64,000 nucleotides of DNA from Malacoraja senta. Its lineage: Eukaryota. The notes under the pieces were generated by a model, which saw nothing but the letters and a program-made list of their open reading frames with translations, was not told where the DNA came from and did no database searches. Position numbers and translations under genes: made by a program. The stretch lies in contig CM075987.1 of assembly GCA_038087875.1 (NCBI GenBank), forward strand, positions 25,422,001-25,486,000. The letters are read 5' to 3'. This document shows, piece after piece, positions 26,103 through 36,752 of this stretch (within the stretch, counting starts at the first letter, position 1; each line of letters begins with the position of its first letter).

Positions 26103-27943
26103 TCTCTCAATTCAGTACCAGGGACTTTTAAATGTTTGCTGGTCAAATGTAACTATCCTGGCAGTAACGCTGGAGTAGATTGATCAAAGAAGAACAGCAT
26201 ATTGTGGTTTTGAGATCTTCAGTTCCGAGATCTCTGGTTTCCTCCCACACTCCGAAGACGTGCAGGTACGTAGGTTAATTGGCTTTGTATAAGTGTAATT
26301 TGTCCCTAGTGTGTGTAGGGTAGTGTTAATGTGCGGGGATCACTGGTCGGTGTAAACTCGATGGGCCGAAGGGCCTGTTTCCGCGCTGTATCTCTATTAA
26401 ACTAATATCGCTGTACAAGAGAAATTAATGAAACTAAAAATAACAATGTTTTATTTACGAAGCTTTTAAGAGGTGTCGTGAGACAATGGAATACTTTTTA
26501 TTTTTTCCTCCACAATTCATTGCCTTTTAATGAGGATGAGAAAGGAACAAATGTAACACTAATTTTCAAAGAGAAAACAGAGAATTATAATTGTGATAGG
26601 GGCATAAGTGATAGGGGAAGAATTAGTCCATTCGCCCCATCAAGTCTACTCTGCCATTCAATCATGGCTGGTCTATCTTTCCTTCCTAACCCCATTCTCC
26701 TGCCTTCTCATAACCACTCACACTGGTATTTATAATAAACAGCATCTGTCTCGTACTCAAGTCATCATTGCACTGCCAAATTCATCCCATATTCTGACAT
26801 AATCACAGCTCCTAGAATAGCTACAATGAGTTAACGGCACAGACAGGCCACTCGCACTCAAATAGCCTGACAATGACCACATCTGTCACTGCCCCTAATC
26901 AATGTTTATGGCCCGAAGATATATTGGTTATCTGACAAATTAATGTTCAAACGGACATGAACTGGAGAATGTTATGATAAGTTCAGAGAGAAGCAGGAGA
27001 ACAGAGTTCCATCTTTAATGTGAAACAAAGTCCCCCGAGGTATTCATCAGCTGCTTTGTCTTCTGACGGCGTTTAGAGTGATAGAGTAGGACTTTCATCA
27101 GACCTGATTGAAACTGATGAATAAACGCTCAGTCAGAACACTGATTTCCCCAAAGATGCTGAATGTGGTCGACAACATTTGCTGTTACTGGTGATGGATA
27201 TTGTTGCTGCAGCAGCACATCAAATGGAACAATCACACCAGAAGGTAAATACCATTACACTCTTGCCTTTCAAAAATGGTTTGATCTCTGTCCTTGAACG
27301 TAACTAGAATGTGCACCTCTGGCAATATCTCCCAGAGCGCCACGTCCCACACAGATACACAAAAGGCCACAAAGGGCGGCACAATGGCTTACAGCGTTTC
27401 AGCGCCAGAAACCCGGCTACGCTCCCGACTACGGGTGTTTGTCTGTACGGAGTTTGTACCTTCTCCCCGTGACCTGTGTGGGTTTTCCCAAGGAGCTCCA
27501 GTTTACTCCTGCACTCCAAAGACGTGCGGGGCTGCAGGCTAATTGGCTTTGGTAAAAATTGCAAGTTGTCCCTGGTGTGTGTTAGTGCACAGGGATCGCT
27601 GGTCGATTTTTTGGTCGGGACCCGAAACGTCACCCATCCATGTTCTCCAGAGATACTCCCTGGTCTATTGAGAGTCTCCAGCACTTTGTGTCCTTTTGTG
27701 TATTAGCCAGAAACCCAGATCTTTAGTTTCCTCCCACACTCCAAAGACGTACAGGGTTTGTAGGTTAATTGGCTTGGTAAATGTAAAAATTGTCCCTAGT
27801 GGGTGTAGGATAGTTTTAATGTGTGGGGATCGCTGGTCGGCGTGGACCTGGTGGGTCGAAGGGCCTGTTTCGGTGATGCATCTCTAAACTAAATTAAAAT
27901 CTTCAGTTTCTTGTTTCTACATTGTTCCCACACAGGTACACAC

Positions 27944-28323
27944 CAAAGACCCTATCGGGGAGCAAGATAGACCACTCCTGCTAAATGCAATGGGCTGACG
28001 TGTAGTACGCAATGGAACGGAACGTGGGCCTTTTTTTCATCCATTTCCATAACCGGACCCGTCCCGACTCGCAGTGTAATCAACGTTGCGGGGGAACAGT
28101 TTGTGTTAATAAATTAAAATTCTGAAATTTTACCAAAGAACTTTTACTTTTACGAGGATGTTTCCGTAACCGGCTTCCGTCTCCGCACTAGTATCTTTGT
28201 ATCTACGGGATCTTTGGTGCGGAGACGGAAGCCGGTTACGGAAATGGGGCCTTAAATTACCCATGAATCTGCCCATGACCGTACTACGTCGAGTGGACCA
28301 TTTTGCTCGCTATAGGATCTTTG
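27944..28323. mobile_element. Non-autonomous TIR DNA transposon (P-like or hAT-like)
   Basis: Imperfect ~33-bp TIRs starting CAAAGA and ending TCTTTG; 8-bp TSD GTACACAC (27936-27943, 28324-28331). Confidence 0.8.
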
Positions 28324-28612
28324 GTACACACAGATTTCATGATCCAAGGTAGCAAGAGAGACATGAGTTAAATCTGCACTCCATTCATCTACTTCATCTG
28401 GTTGATCTTTGTGGGATCGGAAGAGTTTCTATTGTGGGGATAAGACAGGATCAAGTGACTTTTCACACATTTCAGTGACATTTCACACATGCCAGTTAAT
28501 ATGGCCTTGTGGACCATGAATGGAGGAGAAGCCCGTGACACTGGTACCTGACAGTTTGCAGGTTACACACATTTCCAGTGATACTTTAAGTAAGGCCTCC
28601 AATCTCCCTTAC

Positions 28613-28920
28613 TTTAGAGATACAGCATGGAAACCGGCCCTTCGGCTCACCGAGTCCACGCCGACCAGCGATCCCTATGAACTAATGCCATCTTTCACAC
28701 TTGGGACAATTTACAATGACACCAAAGCCAATTAGCCTACAATCCTGTACGTCTTTTGGGGTGTGGGAAGAAACCGGAGCACCCGGAGAAAACCCACGTG
28801 GTCACAGGGAGAACGTACAATCTCCGTACAGACAGCACCTGTAGTGAGGATTGAACCCGGGTCCCTGGCGCTGTAAAGCAGCAACTCTACCGCTGCGCCA
28901 CCGTGCTGCACCGTGCCTTC
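28613..28920 (-). mobile_element. HE1-type V-SINE
   Basis: Reverse complement of the consensus. Confidence 0.88.
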
Positions 28921-29145
28921 GGAGTCAAACAAAAATACAATTGACTTCTGCAGATTGTCGCTTACGTGTAGGATAGTGCTGGTGTGATCGCTGGGCAGAG
29001 TGGACCCAGTGGGCCGAAGGGCCAGTTTCCACACTGGAAAGTCTAAAGTCTAATGTCAAGGTTGAAGACACATCATTCAACCAAGCAATGAGCTCTATAT
29101 TTAACTTTTTGGTATGAACTATGCACATTCATTGTTAGTTGCTGC

Positions 29146-29452
29146 TAGTTTAGTTTGGAGATACAGCGCGGAAACAGGCCCTTCGGCCCACCAAGTCCGT
29201 GCCATCTAGCAATCCCTGCACATTAACGTTATCTACACACACTGGGGCCAATTTATAATTATATCAAGTTAATTAACCTATAAACCTGTAAGTACTTTCA
29301 TGTGTGGGAGGTAACCGGAGATCCCGGAGAAAACCCACGCAGGTCATGGAGAAAACGTGCAAACTCCGTACCAAAAGCACCCGTTGTCAGGATCGAACCC
29401 GGGTCTCTGGGGCTGTAAGGCACCAACTCCACCACTGCGCCACCATGCCGCC
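29146..29452 (-). mobile_element. HE1-type V-SINE
   Basis: Reverse complement of the consensus. Confidence 0.88.
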
Positions 29453-29604
29453 TCTAATGCATGCATGATAGAAGTTGTAAATTGTCCCTAGCGTGTAGGA
29501 TAGTCTTAGTGTATGGGGATCGCTGGCCGGCGTGGACTCTGGGGGCCAAAGGGTTTGTATCCGCACTGTATCTTAAACTAAAAAAACTTTAAAAAGTTGA
29601 TATA

Positions 29605-30147
29605 GATAATAATAATAATAATACATTTTATTTATATAGCGCTTTTCATGGCTCAAAGTCGCTTTACAATTGAGAGTCAAGAATAAACAAAACAAAATAG
29701 AGCAGTAAGACAGAGATGCAAAGGGGAGGGGAACATGGGACTAAGGGTATGCAGAGGTGAAGAGATGGGTCTTGAGGCGGGACTGGAAGATGGTGAGGGA
29801 CTCGGAATTTCGGATCAGTTGTGGGAGGGAATTCCAGAGCCTGGGAGCTGCCCTGGAGAAGGCTCTGCCTCCAAAAGTGCAGAGGTTTGATTTCGGAGTG
29901 GAGAGGAGACCAGCTGATGTGGATCTGAGGGACCGTGAGGGTTGGAAGGGTGAGAGGAGGTCAGTGAGATAAGGGGGGGCCAAGTTGTTGAGGGCTTTGT
30001 AGGTGAGGACCAGGATTTTGTAGATGATCCGGTGGGAAATGGGAAGCCAGTGAAGTTCTTTGAGAACTGGGGTGATGTGGTGCCAGGATTTGGTGTGGGT
30101 GATGAGTCGGGCGGCTGCATTCTGGACCAGTTGGAATCGGTTGATGT
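29605..30147 (-). mobile_element. L2 LINE 3' fragment
   Basis: LVQNAAARLIT..HITPVLKELHWLP..APPYLTDLL..RAFSRAAPRLWNSLP..LKTHLF; (TAT)n tail. Confidence 0.88.
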
Positions 30148-30574
30148 TGCTGGAATTGATTCCAAAGAGAAGAATAGATCACAGCAAACACCAGAAGTAG
30201 TTGGGGACCCAGGCAAATTTCCAATTCCTTGCTGACCACCCTATTTTTAAACATTTTTCAAATGAACACCCACAGAAGATGCAATTGTTGGTGCAGAACC
30301 AATTATTTTGACTGTAAATTATAGAAATGTATTTGTGCAGTGAGCATGAAATCTAAACTGATGGGTTTCGTAGTCTATGCATGGTACAATATTCACCACA
30401 AACTGTAACAATCTCCATCTCACATTGCGACTAATATCTTGAGACTGAAGAAAAGTCTTGACCCAAAATGTCACCTAATCTTTCCATCCACAGATGCTGC
30501 CTGACCTGCTGAGTTACTCCAGCACTTTGTGTTTTACTCAAGATTCGAGCATCTGCAGTTCAATTAAACATTAA

Positions 30575-31226
30575 ATGGCGCCACGAGCCGGCAGCCTCGC
30601 CAGCAGCATGTTAGTCCTTTCAACTCTTTTTGTTTTTTTGTATGTCTAAATGTATGTTTTATTGTGGGAGGTGGTGGGGGGGGAATAAGGGGAAACCGTT
30701 TTTCAGTCACTTACCTCGATGGAGATGCTACTTTTCTCTTTGTCGCATCTTCACCCCCCTCGCGGCCTAACAACTGGTTTGGTGCGTCCTTTCTCGGAGA
30801 CCGGCCCAGAGCTTCAGCAGCAGGCGCGGCTGACTTACCATCGCGGAGTGGGGCGATCCCTCGCCGGGGATCGCCAGAAAAAGTGCTCCGACCGCCGGCA
30901 TGCGGCCTATAACATCGTGAAGCCGCCGCGGTCTCCGGTAAGACAGTGGCCGATTCGGATACTCCAAGAGTGTGTGTTCCGATCCGTCCAGACGTCGGAG
31001 CTTCGATCATCCCGATGAGAGGGCCTGTACATCGGGCCGTCCATAGCGGCGACTACGGAAGGTTCATGGCCCCGACCACGGGTGAACAAAGGAGGTAGAT
31101 TGGCTGAACGCCTTCCACCACAGTGAAGAATATTCATGTTGAATTCTATTGTGTATTGTGCTGGTTTTGATTGTATGGCCTCATGCTAACTCATTGACAA
31201 ATAAATGTGAACTTGAACTTGAACTT
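30575..31226 (+). mobile_element. GC-rich non-coding retroelement (probably a non-autonomous LINE derivative; related segments at 45783-45955 and 50750-51195)
   Basis: ATGGCG start, shared CCTTCCA.CACAGTGA.GAAT segment, AATAAA and (GAACTT)n tail. Confidence 0.45.
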
Positions 31227-31611
31227 CCTTTTTTTCTGGGTTCTTTTTTTTTTATGGTACCTTTATTGTCCCGGGTACCAAAGGTAAATTGAACCACATT
31301 TTTTTGCGTACAGATCAGTGCGAATATTGCCATACATACAGACAATCCCCGATTAGGATCATAAGTTTATAAGTTGCAGGAGCAGAACTAAGCCATTAAG
31401 CCCTTCAAGTCTACTCCGCCATTCAATCGTGGCGGACCAACCCTTCCCACTCAACTCCATTCTCCTGCCTTTGCCCCATAACCCCTGACAGCCGTACTAA
31501 TCTAAGCATCCCATGCGTGGAAGCCAGCGCATCCTTCCTCAGATATGGTGCCCAAAATTGTTCACAATATTACAAATGTGGCCTTACCAGAGCCTCAGCA
31601 TTACATCCCTG

Positions 31612-31749
31612 TTCTTCTTCTTTCGTGTGACGTGCACAGCCTAAAGTTGTTGGACAACTTGTTCTATTTGATCTTCCGTTTGTGCACGTCGAGTTGATTG
31701 CATTAGTCGAAACAGGGTGGACCACGTGAAGGTTGCAATCTTCCACCCC
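31612..31749 (-). mobile_element. 138-bp short retroelement with an intact HDV-like ribozyme head
   Basis: 9-bp TSD ACATCCCTG (31603-31611, 31750-31758); (GAA)n tail; three copies in the window. Confidence 0.88.
31696..31749 (-). ncRNA. Putative minimal HDV/CPEB3-like self-cleaving ribozyme
   Basis: GGGGTGG(P1) AA GATTGCA(P2) ACC(P3) TTCACGT(L3) GGT CCACCCT(P1') GT TTCG A CTAA(J4/2) TGCAATC(P2'). Confidence 0.8.
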
Positions 31750-32051
31750 ACATCCCTGCTGTTGTATACAAGCCCTCTTGATATAACTGCTCGCATTGAG
31801 TTTGCTTACCGGCCCTTGTCCAGCATCCACCGGTGTTGCCGACTCTCTCCTCTTTCTGGTTCCCGCTGCTCGGGGGTGAGCGGGAGATGATCCTCCAACA
31901 CACTCCAGGCAGAGTCCCCCCCATTCCACGGGCAGCTGCCTGTCGGGCTTTGGAAATCGCCCGCACAGCCATCTTAATACCAAAAGCTGAACATCGAAGA
32001 TACATTCCCCACCTCGTTTAACACATTACAGCTTATTACAACTTGAGTGGT

Positions 32052-32358
32052 GGGGCGGCACGGTGGCACAGCGGTAGAGTTGCTGCCTTACAGCGCTTGC
32101 AGCGCCGGAGACCCGAGTTCGATCCCGACTACGGAGTTTGTACGTTCTCCCCGTGAGCTGCGTGGGTTTTCTCCGAGATCTTCGGTTTCTTCCCACACTC
32201 CACAAAGACATACAGGTTTGTAGGTTAATTGGCTTGGTATAAGTATAAATGATCCCTGATGTGTGTAGGATAGAGCTAGTGCGCGGGGATCGCTGGTCGG
32301 CACGGACTCGGTGGGCCGAAGGGCCTGTTTCCGTACTGTATCTCCAAACTAAACTAAA
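32052..32358 (+). mobile_element. HE1-type V-SINE, full length
   Basis: A/B boxes, V-domain, tail. Confidence 0.9.
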
Positions 32359-33197
32359 ACACAGGACGGTCTCAGTTACCGTAAGATGTATTAATGGGTT
32401 CCCTTGGGAGAAAATGTATAATTGCGGGACAGGCAGCCTCTCTGGAGAGAAGGAATGGGTGACGACTTGGGTCGAGACCCTTCTTCAGTCGGGAGGAATT
32501 TCTCTCCAGAGATGCTGCTTGTCATGCTTGGTTCCTCCAGCATTTTCTGGCTACCTTTGGTTTAATCCAGCATCTGCAGTTCCTTCCTACACAAAGTAGC
32601 CATTGCTTTGTGCTCCCTATGTTATTTGAACTCTTCTCCTGTCTTCAACATTGTGCTAATCTTTTACTCTTAAAGATTCAGGTGGAGGAAGTAAAATGCA
32701 ATTTTCTTTCAAACTCTGGTTCTCCAATTAAAGTTCCTGCTTGGTGGAGCCAGCCCCATACCAATATTCATTATCTATGCACTCCTCTGCAATGCCAGTC
32801 ACTATTCAGCTACAATGCTAATTGGATTCTCTGAAGAAAAACAGAGATTTATTACATTCACCTCTTTCAGCAGAAATTAGTTCCCATCGAATCGTCAATA
32901 TAAATTATGCATTCCTATCTTCTGAAGCAGTGTTTGTAAAATTATTTGCATTCCTTTTCATTCCTGATATTTATTCATAAGTAATACATTAATGTTATTG
33001 CCATTGCAACCGCGTTTGATGTTTGCAACTTATTTCACATTGCGTTGTGGAACTTTCCTTCAGCCAAACTTCATTAACAATTGTCTTGTTAAAATGGCAG
33101 ACTGTTGAAGCATATATGGTGGGTTTTCTTTTATTCTGTTTGATTGATTACAGCAACTCTTGAGCGCTAACCACTACACCGATGGCTTCCTCTCTCC

Positions 33198-33992
33198 TAA
33201 GATGGACGCAAAATGCTGGAGTAGCTCAGCGGGACAGGCAGCAACTTTGGAGAGAAGGAATGGGTGACGTTTCGGGTCGGGACCCTTCTTCAGTCTGACC
33301 CCACACGTCGCCCATCCTTTTTCTCCGGAGATGCTGCCTGACCCGCTGGGTTTCTCCAACATTTTGTGTCCATCTTTGGTCGAGACCCTTCTTCTGGGGG
33401 GAAAGAAGCTGGAGATATGGAAGGGTACAAAGAGCATGCGAGATGTGAAAAGGACAGATCAAAGCAGACGATGATCGAGGAATTGTAGAATGGTTCATTG
33501 TTGGATTGCAACCTTGTCGTGGTCGGGGAGCTTGTGTGTCTCAGTGACCCCTAGAGCTATGCCAGCGGGAGATTCGTCTCCTGTTAGGGTCTCCCATGCT
33601 GGACAGGTCGAAGGGTAGAGGCGAGACGCAGAGCGATCCACTGGTCCTCCAGGTTGGAGGTTGAGCACAGGGGCTAACAACCCTGTCTCGTTAAACAAAT
33701 ATGTTACGGAAACAGCAACTGAAGGAATCAACACTACTGGGTGGAGGACCTTCGTTGCTGCCCCACATGCCAGGAGGCAGAATCGGCAGTAAGTAAGTCA
33801 TTGTTGGATGAGGTGAAGGTGACAACGAGGCGTACAAATAGTAAAATTAATCAGGAGGACAGTGAAATTAGTTGGAGAACTCTGGTGGGGGAGGGACGGT
33901 GAACGAAGGAAAGCAATGGTTACTGGAACTCGGAGAAGTCAGGACTCCTAGGGCTGGGGTGTTAGCTGCCCAAGTGAAATATGAGGTCCTCT
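33198..33992 (-). mobile_element. Penelope 3' region with inverted hammerhead repeats, interrupted by an RTE-derived SINE
   Basis: 33930-33990 matches the HLIFRLGS coding end; inverted pair at 33198-33375. Confidence 0.65.
33507..33797 (+). mobile_element. RTE-derived bipartite non-autonomous element (RTE 5' UTR joined to RTE 3' end)
   Basis: 12-bp TSD TCATTGTTGGAT (33495-33506, 33798-33809); CCTTGTCGTGG..GAGCTATGCC..GGACAGGTC..GATCCACTGG head as in BovB/Expander-type RTE 5' UTRs; (AGTA)n tail. Confidence 0.7.
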
Positions 33993-34282
33993 CAGTTCCT
34001 CTCTGACCCATTGCCATTGCACTCAGGTTTTCAGCCAGTTGCTTGATGAAACATTGGAAGCTCATTATGGTTGTATATTAGGCAGTTGTGGCTTGTTAAG
34101 TAAGTCTAGACTTAGGAATGTTTATTTGTCATTTGCACAGGAAACTGAACAATGAAATAATTACTTAAGATAGACACAAAATGCTGGAGTAACTCAGCAG
34201 GACAGGCAGCATCTCTGGAGAGAAGGAATGGGTGACGTTTAGGGTCGAGACCCTTCTTCATAATTACTTAGTTTAGTTTAGC

Positions 34283-34770
34283 CATCGGACGCCCGACGTC
34301 CTTTGCACCACCTCGCCCAGGACTCACAGCAACTGGGACCTTAACGCCTGTCATCTCGTCGCCCTTTCTCCCGTCACGCAGCGACCCTCTGTGGCTCCGG
34401 TTTCAACACACTAGGAGCATGGAGAACCAGCTGGGAACAGACTTCGCCACCTCCTCAATTCACTGTTGCACCGAACACCACAGCCCCACCTGGCTCGGAC
34501 CTGCCCCGCAAAGAGTGGGTCGCCCTGAACTAGCTCCGTACAGGGGTTGGCCGGTTCAACGCCAACATGCATCGCTGGGGGCTGCGTTCATCAGCAGCCT
34601 GCGTGTGTGGAGCGGACCAGCAAACAGGTCATTTTCGACTGCGCTGTCCTCCGCCCCCCTGGTGGAGGGGTAGACCTCACGGCCCTCGACAACGGCACAT
34701 TGAACTGGCTCCAGCGCCTGGAGGACGTTACATAACCTCTGCTGCCTCGAACAAGCAAGAAGAATAAGAA
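34283..34770 (+). mobile_element. Vingi/Ingi-like LINE 3' fragment inserted in an HE1 tail
   Basis: LRTGVGRFNANMHRWG..CVCG..DCAVLRPP C-terminal zinc-knuckle region with frameshifts; (GAA)n-type tail. Confidence 0.6.
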
Positions 34771-35073
34771 GTTTAGTTTAATTTAGAGATACAGAGTGGA
34801 AACAGGCGCTATGGCCCACCGAGTCTGCGCCAACCAGCGATCACCCAAACACTTGTTTTATCCTACACATTAAGGACAATTTACAGAAGCCAGTTAAACT
34901 ACAATCCTGCACATCTTTGGAATGTAGGAGCATACCAGAGCACCCGGAGAAAATAGACATAGAGTCTTAGGGAGAACGTACAAACTCCGTACAGACAGCA
35001 TCCGTAGTCTGGATTGAACCTGGGTCTCTGGCGCTATAAGGCAGCAACTCTACCGCTGCACCCCTGTACCACC
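34770..35073 (-). mobile_element. HE1-type V-SINE
   Basis: Reverse complement of the consensus. Confidence 0.85.
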
Positions 35074-35786
35074 CTTGCTGCAGCTTAGCAGACCTGAAAC
35101 CATGTGTTTAAGAAGGAACTGCAGATGATGGAAAATCGAAGCAACAGAAAAATGCTGGAGAAACTCAGCGGGTGAGGCAGCATCTATGCAGCGAAGGAAA
35201 TAGGCAACGTTTCTGGCCGAAACCCTTCTTCAGACCTGAAACCATTATCGTCAATGCCTTAAAATTACTTATTTCCATCCTACTATTCTTTTCTATCAAA
35301 TACTTCTCAAAGGAATGCGAATGTGGGTGGGTGTGAAAGCTCCTTAACTAACCCCTGTGCAAGTGACAAAACTTGCAAGCATGATCTGGAAGTTATGATA
35401 GAAGTCTGCAACCCATCCTTGACGGCTCATTAGGGAGAAAGTCCTTAGCAGGCAAGATCCTGCTGGTAGTTGGTCTGGTTTACATCCATCAAATCAGCTC
35501 CAACCCACGCCACCTCATACATGGAGGAGAATTAAAGAAGTGAAATTGATACATCAGTATTTTTTAAACATTCTGCAAGGGAGGACATCCTCTTGTGGAA
35601 TTGTAGACTGGTAATATTTGGAAATATGCTTTAGTTTAGTTTAGGGATAAAGTGTGAGGCAGGCCCTTCGGCCCACAGAGTCCACATCGACCATCGATCA
35701 CCTGTACATTAGTTCTATGTTGTCCCAATCTTCACATCTTACACGCTCGGTGACAATGTGCAGTAGCCAATTAACATACCAACCTG

Positions 35787-36148
35787 AAGATAGACACAAA
35801 ATGCTGGAGTAACTCAGCGGGACAGGCAGCATCTCTGGAAAGAAGGAATGGGTGACGTTTCAGGTTGAGACCCTTCTTCAGTCTGATGTCAGGGGAGTGG
35901 GCGGGACAGAGATAGAATGTAGGCGGTGACAGTAAGGCTGGTGGGAGAACTGGGAAGTGGGAGGGGGTGGAGAGAGAGGGAAAGCAAGGGCTACTTTGAA
36001 GTTAGAGAAGTCAATGTTCATACCGCTGGGGTGTAAGCTGCCCAAGCGAAATATGAGGTGCTGTTCCTCCACTTTTTGCTGGGTCTCACTCTGACAGTGG
36101 AGGAGGCCCAGGACAGAAAGGTCAGAATGGGAACGGGAGGGGGAGATA
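35787..36148 (-). mobile_element. Penelope-like element 3' end (GIY-YIG endonuclease C-terminus and hammerhead-bearing pLTR)
   Basis: LSVLGLLHCQSE..EEQHLIFRLGSLHPSGMNIDFSNFK runs directly into the CTGAAGA..GAAACGTC repeat. Confidence 0.8.
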
Positions 36149-36194
36149 AATGCAAACACCTGCATGTCTTTGGAATGACATGCTCACACAAACA

Positions 36195-36752
36195 CACACT
36201 CATTTCACTCCTGCAATCGTGAGGAAGATACAGGAGCCTAAAATCTGTAACGTCCAGGTTCAGGAACAGCTTCTTCCCAACAGCCATCAGGCTATTAAAC
36301 AGTACAACCTCCAAATAAGCTCTGAACTACGTAGATTTGGGGGCATTAGTTTGCACTATTATTGTTTGTATATTTTTCATGTGTACATGTGTGTGTATAT
36401 TTATATATATATATATACATACACGTGTGTGTGTGTGTGTGTGTATACGGGTATGTATATATGTGGATGTGTATTTGATTTAATTTATTTATTGATTTGA
36501 TTTGATTTGATTTAATTTATTGTCATTGTCTTCAATGAAGAGGCAACAAAATTATTTTTCCCTTACAGTCATACAAAAAAAAAACAAAAAAAACCTCAAA
36601 ACACAGAACACAGTACATGTGAGTATGTGTATATAATCACACACTGAACTTTTTCTTCTCATTTATTATATTGTTCACAGTGTACTATGTTTACATATTC
36701 TGTTGTGCTGCTGCAAGTAAGAATGTCATTGTTCTTTCTGGGACACACGACA
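36195..36752 (+). mobile_element. Rex1-like 3' end with (TA)/(TG) microsatellites
   Basis: RRYRSLKSVTSRFRNSFFPTAIRLLN; GACAATAAA tail. Confidence 0.7.

Noticed and set aside
27156..27244. Possible 89-nt host exon (ccccaaag|..aag|gtaaat, open frame AECGRQHLLLLVMDIVAAAAHQMEQSHQK)
   Set aside because: The polypyrimidine tract is weak, the peptide is not recognisable and there are no partner exons; RNA-seq would be needed
31760..32020. GC-rich stretch with several short ORFs
   Set aside because: No recognisable domain, termini or second copy in the window; left unassigned
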